From the human T2T-CHM13v2.0 reference genome, Homo sapiens: a stretch of DNA of 64,000 bases. Numbering within the stretch: position 1 is the first letter of the stretch; each line of letters opens with the position of its first letter. Made by a program: the position numbers and the translations under genes. Where the stretch lies: assembly GCF_009914755.1 (NCBI RefSeq), contig NC_060937.1; one strand, 5' to 3'. This document shows, one piece after another, positions 29,351 to 45,821 of the stretch. The notes under the pieces are model-generated. The model saw nothing but the letters and a program-made list of their open reading frames with translations, made no database searches and had not been told where the DNA came from.

Positions 29351-31548
29351 TTATACTGGAGAATGTCTACTGTAAAATCATGTGTTCATACTATTGATTA
29401 GTGGAAGATACTTGAAATCTAGAGTGTGGGAGATTAAGTAATATGTATGGATGGACTACGTTTTCACTGAACAAAGTGTCATAGAACCAAACCCAGCTTC
29501 AGGCAAAATGGATTATAAGGGTAACCCATAGATTTCTTACTGTCAGGCACCACCTCCCAAGTTAAAACCAGAGGAAAATAATGCATGCTTGATAGATATG
29601 CTACAGGAATTTAGTAACTAGAAAAGCCTGTAAGAGAAACAATAATGAACTCTGTAGCCATATTTGCTCAATTACCAGTACAATTTAGCAAACATACAAG
29701 TGCAATTTTCCATAACTGATTCTGAATATAGTAGTTTATATAATCATGTTACAATTTTTATAGGTGCATTTTCTGCCATAGGCAAATATTATTTTGATAA
29801 AAATAGACCCATTTTTACTTATTAAGTATTAGTTCTTGTGAAGAACCTTAAGAAAGCAGAAATTGTTTTCTTGTTCTCTGGAAAGATCAATGAAAATAAT
29901 TTCTAATTAGTACATTTGTTACTAAGCTTTTTTTCCCCTAAAAATAGGCTTTCTTAAATGAGTTAAACTTTCCTTAGATATTACTAGCTAAACTTGTACC
30001 AAAAATATATGTAAACTTTTTTAAATTACAATATATGATTTTAAATGAGACCATATACCAAGCTTTACTCTAATAAAGTTTCCTGAGCTCTAACATAACC
30101 TAGTATAGTCTAGATATTAATATGTCTGTGTCAGAATAAATAACAAATGCATGCTACTTCACTTCCTGTTTCTTCTCAGCTTCATAACTAACCTCTCCTT
30201 CCCACTTCCATTTCACACTAACACAATCATGCTCATTTATAGAGACTTCCTGTTTGCTGTCAATAAATTGTCCCATAATAAGTTTAAAGCATTCCATCTC
30301 TTTTACCCTCAAACCCCACACCAATAAAGAGGGAAAGCATTAACTATGCACTAAAATAAATATTATTAAGAATTAAAGTTTAAGTAAATTGTATAATTTG
30401 TTCAAGCTCATGGAGTAAATTCTAGTACCTATTTACTCATTGAAAGTGAGTTATAGTTTATGTGATTGTACTTTTTTTGCTTAGGTGTAAATTATTTTTC
30501 AATATTAAATATTTTTATTATACCCTTAGTTTACAAAAGAAGTAATTTGGATAAAGAATGCTTTAACAAATTTAATATGATTTTGTATTTTTCAGAATAT
30601 TATAAATTCTATGATCTTTTGATCTTCAAAATTAAAAGTAATGAAAAAATATCAAAATGTAGGTTATGTTACATATAAGGAAATTAGCAATTAGGAAAAT
30701 AAATAAATTGCTAAAAGTTAATCTGCTGCCTGTAACCTGTAATAGTGATCCCCAATCAGCATGTATTTCACTAGATCATACTGGTTTCTTTCAGGTATAT
30801 AACTATTTTAAATAAAGAAGTAATTTAATTGCCCAAAGGAAAAAAGATTGATTATATTGGGAGACTTTAATTATATCCTATATCCCAACAAAGTATAATG
30901 GATTGTTATAGATTTTAGTTTGATTTTGGAAATTATCTCACATATTATGTTATTTCACCCATTTTATAAATTGGTACATACCAAATTATGAATCTGGAAT
31001 TTCAATCTAGGTTAATCTAACAAAAATGCAGTGCAAGTTTTAGTATTTCACTAATTGTAGATCAAGAATGACCAAAGTGCATTGTAAAAGAATCAATAAA
31101 ATACTCAAATTTTTGAAAAGAAAGCAAAGTAAAAGCACTAATATCTACTGACTATTTAGAAATGCATTACTTATATAGTATAAAATTTTCAGTGATTTTC
31201 TTTGAGAACAGACTGTCCTATCCCGGTAACAGTTTTCTCCTTCCCCAAACTGCTATTCTTATCACATCCCTTTAGTTTTAATGTATTTCTTATGGAGTTT
31301 AAATGTATTTCTTATTCATAAAATAATTTCAAATATGATCCATAAACTGGTCTTCAAGTACAGTGACAGACACATGGAAAAAATTCATTCAATACAAACT
31401 TCTATTATAAATGGGAAACCGTGGGCTCACATTTTCTGTTTGCAGAATGCATTTTGTACAGATGTAATTTTTACTAGGTGGAAATTGAGTGTACTATGTG
31501 CCTGGTTATTTATTATTTCATGGCTTTAAATATCAGAATTCTGTTCAC

Positions 31549-31868
<320 letters not shown>

Positions 31869-32789
31869 CATATCAGAATTATTTATAAAAGTGTCTCAAG
31901 GAGAAGCATTCAATATACTTTGCTGTGACTTCAATCTGTGGCTTTTTTGAACAACTGGCTTCAGCCTTCTCAGAGTAGACAGATCCTGACCATGCAGTGA
32001 CAGCAGGAAACACGTTTGAGTGTTGTCTTTTTGGTGGCAATTCAATAATATGTAACAAAGAACATCTATGGTATGCAGTGAAACCATATCAGACAACATG
32101 GAGGTGTTATTTTCGATACATTGCAGCTATCATTTAACTGACCTTTTATTCCTCTTCTGTTGATTGATTTTCAAACATTTATCTCCTACTGACAATACTT
32201 AAATAAACAATCTCATGTTTCTCACTGTGTACATATGCAAGCGTTTCTCTAGTGTACATACCTAAAAGTCCTATTGCTGTGTAACAACATATATATGTAT
32301 ATAAAAATTTGTTATAGTATATTTTATAGTTTTCTATTCAATTGAAATAACGTAATACAAAAAAAAGTGACATATGTCAGTGCTGGAGTGATGGATCCCA
32401 GTCAATTTTTCCTTAGAAGCTACTCATGCTTTTAAGTAATGTAATGTTTGTCATTTTCCTCTTCATTACATGCAGTCCATTTACAGTTGACAACATCTCA
32501 TTCATTGCTGTTCACAGTTCAGTTACAGATATTAGCTGTCAATCATGTAAAACTTTTGCTTCGTCGTCTTTCTTCAGACATACAGATATGAAAATCATCG
32601 GGCAGGCCAATAAATAAATGATGCAAGAAAACAAATAACTCATTGGGCCTTTGGGTTTATTATTTGTAAAATAATTTGATTATTAAATTCCTCCATTAGA
32701 TTAAATATGGCCATTGAATCTTTGGTTCTATACCTTTTAAAGGGTGAATCTTATTTCTCCCAACTCTTTCTTGATCTTGCAACTTGCTC

Positions 32790-33150
32790 TAATATAAAGC
32801 AACAGTAATAATATTAAGAGGTTTCCAAGACTCATTTTCAGGAGGCATTGGGGCTTCAGCTCTTACATTTTTGGAACCTGACGCCACCAGAGAATGAAGA
32901 TGATTGGGATGAAAGACCATGTGGAGAAAGACTCACCCATTCCACTGAATCCATCCATTCCACCGAATCCACCTATTCCACCAAATCCACCCATTCCATT
33001 TCATCTTCTAGACAACCTCAGGCACATTAGTAAAGCCAGGCAAGATCAGCAGAATTATCAAGGCAACCTATATAATCAGAAAAAATATTAAGACTGCAAT
33101 GAGTGAAGTCATTGTTTTAATCCACTGTATAGCCATAGATAAATGCAATT
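32790..33150 (+). mobile_element. MLT1-type MaLR LTR fragment
   Basis: 'agaccatgtggagaaag', 'gccaggcaagatcagcagaa', 'cattgttttaatccact...tagccatagataa' resemble MLT1F/G. Confidence 0.55.
32934..32998. repeat. 18-bp minisatellite, ~3.6 copies
   Basis: cacccattccactgaatc / catccattccaccgaatc / cacctattccaccaaatc / cacccattcca. Confidence 0.93.
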
Positions 33151-33185
33151 CTCCCTTTTGGTATTATAGAAATTAAACATAATAT

Positions 33186-33485
<300 letters not shown>

Positions 33486-35492
33486 TTAAAGATAATATTT
33501 ATCTGGTAATTTGATACATGCTTTTCTATTAATTTTTATTAAAAATTAATTCCATCTCTGGGTTATTTTTTCTGTAACCCATTACCTCCTTATCAAAATT
33601 AATTACATGTCAAATAATTTTATTTGTAATAATATTAAGCATTAATAACCATTATTATTTAAATAATATTTGTTATGAATAGCAACTTTATTCATTTCAC
33701 CCTCCAATTTATAAATTCTAAATCCCATTTTGAAAACTTATTAAACTTTATTGCTTATTATATTTTCATATTAAATAATTTAAATATGCTCTTATATTGG
33801 TTGCTTTATTACTCACAGCTTAGCTCCATTTTGGAACTATTAACCCACATGCAGATGTCACATTGCAACATTGCTGTCACCATACACAAACCCTGCCTTT
33901 GTTTTTCTTGTCTTAGGAAAGGTTCGACTTATGTGGTACATTTCAAACAGACATATGAAAATCCCAGTGGGCAAATGGAAATGTAAATACCTTCAACGTG
34001 GCCACTTGGTTAAACTTGGTATATTCAGCAAATGGCATCCACAGAAGCTGACATTTAAGCATAATGAATTATGCATAAGTGAACAAGGCCCTTCTGGGTT
34101 GATGATAGCAGAGGTTTCACTTGTGGCTCAGTTTTGGAATTGAAATTACAAAGTAATTATAACCCTGCTCAGACATTTGCACATTGTCTTTTCAGACCAG
34201 ATTTCAGTCTATTCAACAGGCACTATACCAAAGATCTATCACTACTATGCTAATGAAATAGGAGAAATGTTCCTTTTTTATTATATTTTTTGGATCCAAT
34301 GAGGAAATCCAACGCTCCTGAGAAAACTTGTCTGGTTATTAAAAGTTTCTTGTTTTTGTACTTCATCCAAGTGTTTAAAATCTCGAAACACTGGAATAAT
34401 GCTATGGCTTAAAATAAGAAACAATCCTCACCTGCCACTCTTAGGCTCAGCAAAAGTCAAGACTTGGCATAGCTATTTGCAATCATGGGATTAGAAATGT
34501 CATCTAAGCTTATCATTGGCCACTGTTTACATGTGGTCTGGGAAACTGAAATGAATTATAACAATTATAAAAATTTACTGTAGGTGAATCATTCTTCCCG
34601 TTGAATAAGAAAGGAAACTAAAATTTAAATATTTTATCAAATATTACACTGCTTAAAAGGACAATTATAAAATTGAACTGAAATCTATTCAATTCAAAAC
34701 TATTCTGTTTCCCACCATGTTTTTTATTTCTGACATTCTCTTAATTTCTTTAGTGTTAGACATATTTACCTGAGCTATTGTTGATTAAAAGGTATATTAT
34801 AATTATATAATTATGTTTGTCGCTCAAATATCCTATAAATGTATATTTATAGGTATTATTACATTATATATGAAATAGTTGGAAATAAAATTCTTAAAAT
34901 TCTAAATTATCTATTTTTATGCATGTTCCATACATAAACATATTGTATGTGAGATGCTACTTCTATATTCAATAAACATTTTTTTGATTTTAGACTTCTT
35001 CGACAAATTTTTATTTTCCATGTCCAGTTAATACCTGCACAATGTAAATCACTCTGGTAGACAAAACCATGAGGCAAAGGGAGTAGAAAAGTTTATTTTT
35101 ACTTGTAAACCTCCCTCGTAGTCAATAAGGAAGCCTGAAAAATGGAATCCAGCATTTGAACTACTTAAAATTCCTTGGATCAAAGTAGGCAGATAGCTAT
35201 TACAATCATTCAAAGCTCATAGCACTTTAATATGAAATTTAATTGAAGACATATTTTAAATTAGATGTGCAGTTTATGAGCTTGTTCAAAATAGTGTAAG
35301 ATTTAATAATTTTAAAAGTATTTTTTAGTAAAACTTGAAAATTTTTTGTTTCAAAATATATCCCTCATCCTGGTAATAATTCAGTTGCATAAAGAAGGCA
35401 GAAAACTTTGTTTGCAAAATCCTACATCCTATGTAGGGAGCAATTTGCAGAAAACACAGCCACATTACCCCAGAATAATTAAAATACATTTA

Positions 35493-35798
<306 letters not shown>

Positions 35799-36739
35799 CT
35801 AAAGCTATTCCATATATATTAGATGCAACATTTAAGTATATTTTGTATGAGTATGTAAAATTTAATTTAATGGCACTAACCCTGACACTTATAGAGAAGA
35901 CTATTGAGTGGTATTTTGTGGATCAAACTTGAATCACTTTTTAGATACCTTTTTAATGAATTACAAATAAATACACAAGAAAGGGTGAATCAATTGCACT
36001 TATACTTCAAAAAAAATCATCATGAAAACAAATTAGTTTTGAGGAGATTTTCTTATTACAGTCAATTTTATTTTGCCAAATTATCTCTTCAGCTCCTTTC
36101 CCAGAATAGGAATGATTTTTCCCCCTAGAGGAAGAATCTCAACACTCTACGAGCTAATTTGCTTATACCCTCTGCACAGCCAACAGGCATTTCCAGCATT
36201 AAAAGAAAATTTAAGGAAATCATTATTTCTTGTTTTACTGATCAAAATGTAAGCTTGTAACGTTCTGTTTTAACCCCTAACTGCATTTAGTGCATTTTAA
36301 TATTGGAGCTTTGCATTTGTCCCCAACAATTTGTTTTTTTCCTATTCTGTTTCAGTCGGTGACTCAGCAACCTGTCTTGTATTCATTCACTCTTGGGCTA
36401 TGTCCAGCCTCATCTCACTTTAAGGAATTGGAACTGTATCTTTGGACGCTGGACTCACAAAATTGTTTAGCAAACTGATGGATATTTTTAAGCCCAATCA
36501 CTCAAACTATTCTGTTCATTATTTTCTTTTACATTTTTATTGAACTCTGATCACTTCTATAAACAGATTTGTCCCAATAGATTGTTTTATATAACTTAAA
36601 ATCTCATAAACTGATTGCTGATCTCATTTATTATCCAGTACTATCTTAAATATATGTCATATATTGTATATGCACATGTATATGTATATTACTATACATA
36701 TAACACACATAGATAAACTCATATAGTATATGTGTTCAT

Positions 36740-36945
36740 AGCAATAACTAATAATTGAATGGTTATTTTTAGTGTATGCAGGCAACAACCTAAGCAATTT
36801 TTATTATCCTTTCACAATGCAGGCATTATTTCACACACTTTACACATGAAGAAACTAGTGTACATGTCATTTAAATTATCTTCTTAATTTCGTGCTGTTA
36901 GTAATTTAGAGAATAGAAATCAACTCACACAAACTGGACTTTCAA
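36740..36945 (-). mobile_element. MIR
   Basis: 'actttacacatgaagaaact', 'gctgttagtaa...gaaatcaactcac...tggactttcaaa' follow the MIR core order. Confidence 0.65.
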
Positions 36946-37848
36946 AAAATATTATTATACATACATAAATTCTAAGAAAAATTTAGAATCTTTCAAGTCA
37001 TACATCGAAGACGGTGTTCCAAAGGCTTGTCCTAGGAGATAAGATTTTTGCCTTTGTTAGCAAGGTTCCCTGACATTGCTTCAAGGGAACACAGTTCTCT
37101 CTCATCACACCACAACTTCCCTGCAGTCAGGGTTTAGCTAGTAAGCTGGAAGCGAAGATTGCTATAGGCAGTAATGAGGAATGCCTCTAGCTTAGTTATA
37201 AGGCTTCTCAGAAATGGGAATACATTAAATTACTTCACATATTCTGTACCTTTTAGGGAAGGCTTGAAACTGATAATTCAAGAGAAAAATTTGCTGCTTA
37301 ACTCCCAGTGTCCACTAGGTTTAAACAATCTCCATAGGTATATAACAATTTGAGTCTGAAGAACAGTAAAGAAGAGTAATTGTGACTTAAGAAATATTTT
37401 TTCCCTAATATGAGTCTATTTGGAAAATTATCTGTGTAATTTTATACTATAAATACAATTGTAATACTGTGTAAGAGCCATAGTCCCGTGGTATAATTTG
37501 TTTTCAATATAGGTATTTAACTGATTTTGGAATTATTTTATTTAACATTCTGAACAAAAATATACCATCTTCAAACATATTTGTAATACATAGATGACAA
37601 ATATTAATAGCTAACATTAAGAAAATCATATATATCACTGATATCATAATAGGTACTACATAGATGTTTACCAAAAATTAAAAATTGGAGTTCTGGTCTT
37701 AAGTATTTAATTTTTTGTCCTCCTCTGAATGTAGCTGTAGTTTTGGTACAAGTTTAGCATGAAAAGAGTATACTAATCTGCAGTGTTCCGGATCTCAAAT
37801 CATATGGCAAGAATTTTCTAGATTTTTAAGGTGTCTTCTGGAGGTTTA

Positions 37849-37874
37849 TGTGTGTGTGTGTGTGTGTGTGTGTG
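37849..37874. repeat. (TG)13 microsatellite
   Basis: Direct reading. Confidence 0.97.
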
Positions 37875-38806
37875 TTTCATATATACATATTCATTTACAT
37901 ATATACAATTGTATTAAATCTTTATAAAAATATGTTAATATACATTAAATACATTTTAATATCATAAAGATGGTACTTAAAGCAGATTTTTAAATTTTTA
38001 GCAGCATATATTTGTATAGCTACTCTACTTTTAACTATCCTCATATTATCTATCCTCACATAATACTGTTATTCTGATAAGCTAAAATCTCCTCACAATA
38101 GCTTATTCTCAACTTTTAACTTATCGTTTACTTTAAAATATATTGTTCTTTTTCTCACAAAGGCAAAAAGCAAGATATGTTTTTCCTTATGAGATAAATA
38201 AAAACTATTTTGTTTAAAATTTTTCCTCTTATCAAGATGATAATTGTGCTATTTCATCATATTTCCTTTTTTCATGCTTTCTGTTGGCAAAATAATGAAT
38301 ACTTTTCAGTATCATTTCACTGAATGTAAAACTCCTACCTCTTGTTTTGACATGTTCCCAATGGCTATTCTCATAAATTTGATTTAATGTTTCTCTTATT
38401 TTCTTGCAAGTTAACATTGTAAATATGGCTAACATTTCAGAAGCAGTTGCAACAACTTCTATTTTATATGTACCTATAAACATGAATAATCTATTTTGAA
38501 TATTATAATCAAGTTGACACTTATTTCAGAATTTTTCAAAAACATTTATTAAATATTTACTGAAAGATTATTACATTTAAGAAGCAAATTCTCTCTGGGA
38601 ATAAATGGTGAGTAATAGCTTGACAGAATTTCTTTCCTTCTGATAACTCAAAACAAATTTATTTTTTAGTGGAGGGGAGGGCAGAGAAAACACTGGAATT
38701 CAACAGAGAAGTGACAGAAAACACCTAAGGCAAAGAAGAGAGAAGTAAGTGAGACTGTTTAGCCAGGATGGGCTGGCTGGGAGCCTGCTCTCCAATGCAG
38801 AGGAAC

Positions 38807-38843
<37 letters not shown>

Positions 38844-38852
38844 GACCCTCAG

Positions 38853-39236
<384 letters not shown>

Positions 39237-42200
39237 TTAACATAGGAGCTGCCTAGAAACTATGCCACGGTATTTCTCTGGAGACGGAACTCCAGCTAGG
39301 TCCCAATGTCCAAATCTTAAGCAGCTACAGCAGGGCACTATTTGAGACCCTAGGTCCATCAGATTGCATCCTTTCCTGAGGCTAAAAACCCCTTGAATTT
39401 TCACATCCCTGGAGCCCCACTGACATCCCCTGCCTACCGCCAAGCACTGCTGGCTGTTTTTGCCAGGACTGAAGCACAAGCCAGTGGCAGCAAACTCACT
39501 ATGCATTTATAAGCGCCTTGAGGACAGGCTATCCAGCTCACAGCCACAATCTAGGATCAAAGCTCATATTCCTTAGCCACATATTCGTGGCCACTGCCAC
39601 TTAAAGCCACCTCACCCTTTTTAGCAGCAGGGCCAAAGTAAAGTTACTGTGATCGCCACCTGAGCATTCCACTTGGGGCACCCAACCCACGCCTACCACT
39701 GCCAGGGTCTACAGGCACTATTGTGCACTACTGGGGGACCTGAGGCCAGATCTTTCTAGGCTGGCTCCACCCACTTAGTGCCCAAACACACGATCTAGGG
39801 GTATGGGAATCCCCATGCTACATCCAGCACCATTGGCACCTGAGCACAAGTGACATCTACCTGCATTCTTTATCTGTTGGCCCACAGACTGGCTGCCCAG
39901 GTCATCACAGCTACTGCCAACTACCACATGGAAAGCTTGAGAGCCAGAAAATTGTCCAGCCACTGCTACTGCCATTGCCTCTGCCATACCTGCTGCCCAA
40001 AATCTTGAGGACCCACCACCTACCTAGCCCATTGCTGCCACTGCTGACACCTATGTAAGCCGCCTGGACGTCCAAGAACTGGTCTGCAGTATATGCACTG
40101 CATACACTGCACTGGGGCCAAAGGACAGGCATGCTTGGCCCACAACTTCTATCGCTAGGTCTTGAGAACTGTCCTAAATGACTTCCTTGTGTCCAGCAAA
40201 AATTCACAGCAGTCTCCACTAAAAACCTTACCATAAGCCACTGAGACAATCAGAGCCTCTATTGTCACTGTTTATAGCAAAAGTAATCATATGGATACTA
40301 TACTACTGCAGTCACCCAGAATCAAAGTCAAAGTGCCCTATCCAACCAATATCATAGATACATCTTCAGTAAAAAGTCCACTCCTATGAAAAGAAATTCA
40401 AAAAATTGGAATAAGTAATTGTTACACCAGATGCACAAACATCAACATAAGGACACAAGAAACACAAGCAAGGAAATATCATTCCAGATAACTCAGATAA
40501 GCAATGCCATGAAATCAGCAAAAGAAGCCACAATATAAAATAAATTTACCGAAAAGATAGTTATCCTAAAAAAGAATCAAACAAAAATTATGGAGCTAAA
40601 GATGTCATTAAATGAAATGCAAAATACACTCAAAAGCTTCAACAATAAACTAGATCAGGTCGAAAAAAGATTGAGAACATGAAGACAGGTCTTTTCAAAT
40701 AATCCAGTCAGATAAAAATTAAGAAATAAGGATAAAAAAGAATAAAGCCTATGTGACGTATGAAACACTATAAAGCAATCAAATATTTAAATTGTTAGAA
40801 GGCAAACAGAAGGCAAAAAGAAAATTAAAGTAATAGAAAGCTTATTTAACTAAATAATAGCTGAAAATTTCACTCTAGAAGACATTTAGAAAGAGAAAAC
40901 TCAAAGAACTCCAATACATATAATTTAAGTCTTCTTCACTGCACTTTATAGCCAAATTGTCTAAAGTAAATAATAAAGAGAGAGTTTCACAAACTTGAAG
41001 AGAAAAGTGACTACTAATTTTTAAGAGAACCCCCATTAGACTAACAGCAAATTTCTCAGCAGAATCATTACAGGCCAGGAGAAAATGAGATAATATTTCC
41101 AACGTGATGAAAGAAAAAGAAAACTTTCTGTCAAGGATACTATACCCACCAAAATTATACATAAATGACGAAGAAATAAAATATTTTTCACATGAGTAAA
41201 AGTAGAGCGAATTCATCACCACCTAACTGGCTGGACAAGACATTCGTAAGGGAGTACTGCACCTGGAAGCAAAAAGACAATATCTACTACCATGAATAAA
41301 ACAATTAAAAAAAAAAAGCAAAAAAAAAAATTCACAGGTATAGCAAACACTCAAAAGAGGAAGAGACAGGGCTGAAGTATTACCACTACAGAAAATCATC
41401 AAACCACAATGAGAAAGAAAGAAACAAACAAAAACAATTAAAACAAACAAAATGAACAAATAATATTAAAAATAAATAATGGTGTATGTAGACTGAAAGA
41501 AAAGAGATTAAAAAAAGATACTCCATGTAAATGGAAACCATAAATCACCAAGAGTAGCCACATGTCTACCAGATAAAACATATTTGACTCAAAAAACATA
41601 ACAGAGACAAAGAAGTTTATTATATAATGATAAAGAAATCACTTTAGCAAGAGGACATAATAATTCTAAGCACACATGCAAGCAACACTAGAGCACTTGG
41701 ATATATAAGGCAAATATTATTAGATCTAATGGGAGAGAAAACTCCAATACAAAAATATTTGGGGACTTTGACACACCCTTCTCAGCATTATAAAGTTCAT
41801 CTAGAAAGATAATTAACAGAGCAATTTTGGCTTTAAACTACACTTTGGAACAAATAGAACTAACAGATATTTAAAGAACATTTTATCCAAAAACTACAGA
41901 ATACACAGAATACACATTCTTCTCATTAGCTCATGGAACATTCTACAGGATAGACCACATGATAAGCCATTAAGAAAGCATCAACAAATTTTTAAATATC
42001 AAAATATCAAATATCTTATTAGACCATGATAGAATAAAACTAGTAGTCAATAAAAAGAGGAATTTTGAAAACTATGAATATATATGGAAATTGAACAAGA
42101 TGCTTTTGAATGTCCATTGTATCAAGGAAAAAAAATGAGGAGGAAATCAAAAAGTGTATTATGAAAAATAAAATTATAAACACAACACATCATACTTGAT

Positions 42201-45200
42201 GAGATACAACAAAATGGTGCTAAGAGGGAAGCGTATTAACAATAAATGCCCACAACATAAAGTTGAAAGATTTCAAGTAAACAATCCAATGATGAACCTC
42301 AAGAAATCAAAAAAAGCAAGAACAAACTGAATCCAAAATTATTAGAAAGAAAGGAATAATAAAGATAAGGCAGACCTAAAAAAGCATAAAAACTTAATAA
42401 ATAAAAAGGATCAACAAACGAAAAGTCAGTTGTTGATAAAGGTAACCAAATTAATAAACAACTAGCTAGACTAGTCAAGAAGAAAAGAGAGAAGACTCAA
42501 GTAAATAAAATCAGGAATGAAAAGAAAGATATTTCATCAGGCATCACAGAAATATAAAGACTATCAAAGACTATGTGAACAATATACACTAACAAGCTGG
42601 AAATCGTAGAGAAAATAGATAAATTCCTGGAAACATACAATCTAACAATATTGGATCAGTAAGAAACTGAAAACTTAAACAAGCTAATAATGAATAATTA
42701 AAACGAATCAGTAATAAAAAGTCTCCCAACAAAGAAAAGTTCAGGACCAGATGACTTCACAGCAGAGTCCTAACAATCTTACAAAGAAAAGCTAACACCA
42801 ATTTTTCTCAAGCTATTATAAAAATTTGAATAGAGTAAAATTCTCCCTCCATCATTGTATGAAGCCAGCATTACCCTGATACCAAAACTACATAAGGATG
42901 CAACAACAACAGCAATACTACAGGCCAATATCCCTGATGAACATAGAAATAAAAATTCTCAATTGTGGGAAACCAAATCCAACAGCTCATCCAAAAGATA
43001 ATACATTATGACCAAGTGAGATTTATCCCAGAGATTCAAAGATTGTTCAACATACACAAAATAATAAATGCAATAAAACACATCAACAAAAAAAGACAAA
43101 AACCAAATGATTTTCTCAATAGATACAGAAAAAAAGGATTTGATAAAATTCAACATTCCATCATCATAAACATTCTCAGCAAACTAGGCATGAAAGGAAA
43201 AATATCTCACCATAATAAATGCAATATATGACAAACCCAAAGCTAACATCATACTGAATGCGGGAAAACATAAAGCTTTTTCTGTAAGAACTGGAAAAAG
43301 ACTAAGTTGCCCATTTTTACCACTCCTATTTAACATAGTACTGGAAGTCCTAAGCAAAGCAATAAGTAAAAGAATGAAATAAAAGATATTAAAATTGGAA
43401 TAGAGAAAGTCAAATTGCCCCTCTTTGCAGATAATATTATATATATACATAAATAATCTATCAAAAAACTCTTAGATCTGATAAACTCAGTAATGTTGTG
43501 GAACACAAAATCAACATACAAACATCAATGATGTTTCAATACACCAATAATAAACTAGCTGAGAAGTAAATAAAGAAGGAAATCTCATTTTAAAAGCTAC
43601 AAAAAAAAATACCTAGCAATAAATCCAACCAAGGAGGTGTAATACCTCTACAAGATAAACAATAAAAAAATCTATAAAATAAATTGAAGAATACAATAAC
43701 AAATGGAAAGATATCCTATGCTCATGGGTTGGAAGAATTAACAGTGTCAAGATGATCATCCTGCCCAAAACAATCTACAAATTCAATGTAATCCCTATCA
43801 AAATACCAATGTCATTTATTTTACCAAAATAAGAAAAAAAAAATTATAAAATTTGTAAGAGACAAAAACAGCCCAAATAGCCAAAATAATCTCATGTAAG
43901 ATGAACAAACCTGGAGACATCACACTAATTGACATCAAAATATTTTATAAGATTATAGTAATCAGCAGCATGGTATTGGTATAAAACCAGATACATAGAC
44001 CAATGGAACAGAATAGAGAACAGAAAAATAAATTCAAATATTTATAGCCACCTGATTTTTAATAAAGGCACCAAGAACATACATTGGGGAAAGTACAGTA
44101 TCTTCAATAAATGGTTCTGAGACAATTCAATATTCATATGCAGAGAAATGAAATTTGGCCGCTACCATTTACTATATACAAAAATCAATGGATAATGGAT
44201 TAAATACTTAAACATAAAACCTACAACCATAAACTTACTAGCAGAAAAATTGAAGAAATATCAGGACGTTGGTCTAGGCAAAGATTTAATGGCTAAGACG
44301 TCAAAAGCACAAGCAACAAAACAAACAAAAATAGACAATGGAATTGCATTAAACTGAGAAAATCTTCTGTCACCACAGCGAGAAGAGCTAGAGAACCAAG
44401 AACAAACCAACTCCAAAGCTAGCAGAAAGCAAGAAGTAACCAAAATCAGAGCTTAACTGATAGAAATTGAGAAGAAAAACAAACAAACAACAACAAAAAA
44501 AATACAAAGATCAATGAATTCAGAAGTTGATTTTTAAAAGGAATAATAAGGAGAGTGTTAGATAGACTCATAAAGAAAATAGAATATCTCAAGAAACACC
44601 ATAAGAAATTGCAATGGGGACATTACCACTGACCTCAAAGAAATAATAATAATAAAAATATCAGAGACTACTATGGACACATTTATGCAAACAAGCTAGA
44701 AAACCAAGAAAAAAAGTGATTAGTTCCTGGAAACATACACCCTTCCAAGGTTAAACCAGGAAGAAATTGAATACCTGAACTGACCAAAAAGTGAGTTCTA
44801 AAATTGAATCAGTAATACAAAGCTTACCAACCAGAAAAAAAAAAAAAAACAGAACTAGATGAAATCATTGCTGAATTCTATCGTATGTATAAAGAGTTAG
44901 TACCATTACTACTGAAACTACTCCAAAAAATTGAGGAGGAAGAACTTTAATGCATTCTATAAGGCAAGCATCATCCCAATACCAAAACCTGGCAGAGACA
45001 TAACAAGAAAAGTGATGTCCATAATGAACATAGATGCAAAAATCCTCAACAAAATACTAGCAAACAGAATCCAGCAGCATATCAAAAAGCTAATACACCA
45101 CAGTCAAGTAGGCTTTATCCCTGAAATGCAAGGTTGGTTCAACATATGCAAATCAATAAATGTGATTCATCAGGAAAACAGAACTGAAAACAAAAACCAC

Positions 45201-45686
45201 ATGATTATCTCAATAGAGGTTATACAAGCTTTTGAAAAAATTTAACACCTCTTTACATTAAAATCTTCAACAAACTAGGCATTAAAGGAATACACATCAA
45301 AATAAGAGACATCTATATCAGACCCACAATTAACAGCATACTGAATGGGCAAAAACCTGAAAGCATTCCCTTTGAAAATTGGAACAAAATAGTCTGTTCC
45401 AAGGTGGCTGAATAGGAACAGCTCCAGTCTGCAGCTGCCAATGTGATTGACACAGAAGACGGGTGATTTCTGCATTTCCAACTGAGGTACCTGGTTCATT
45501 TCACTGGGACTGGTTGGAAAGTGGGTGCAGCCCACGGAGGGTGAGCCAAAGCAGTGCGGGGCATCGCCTCACCCAGGAAGCACAAGGGGTCAGAGGATTT
45601 CCCTTTCCTAGCCAAGGGAAGCCGGGACAGACTGTACCAGGAAAATCAGGACACTGCCACATAAACACTGCGCTTTTCCAATGGTC

Positions 45687-45821
45687 TTAGCAAATGGCAC
45701 ACCAGGAGATTCTATCCCGTGCCTGGCTCACCAGGTCCCACACCCATGGAGCCTTGCTCACTGCTAGTACCAGATTGAACTGGGAGGCAGCAAGCCTGGC
45801 TGGGGGAGGGGCGTCTGCCAT
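45687..45821 (-). pseudogene. L1 antisense ORF0 remnant (44 aa)
   Basis: ATG at 45821 gives MADAPPPARL..., homologous to the L1HS ORF0 start MAGAPPPASL, then diverges (apparent frameshift) and stops at 45687. Confidence 0.7.

Noticed and set aside
31541-31548. 8 nt (ctgttcac) between Alu tail and TSD as an Alu 3' transduction
   Set aside because: Too short, and explicable by decay of an old tail or of a longer TSD.
32934-32998. CRISPR-like array
   Set aside because: The repeats are directly adjacent with no unique spacers, there are no cas genes, and the DNA is primate.
34180-34325. Possible splice acceptor and exon (also similar acceptors near 19175, 30794, 62145)
   Set aside because: Polypyrimidine-AG motifs are common in AT-rich DNA; I found no recognisable peptide or convincing paired donor. 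A non-coding exon cannot be excluded without RNA data.
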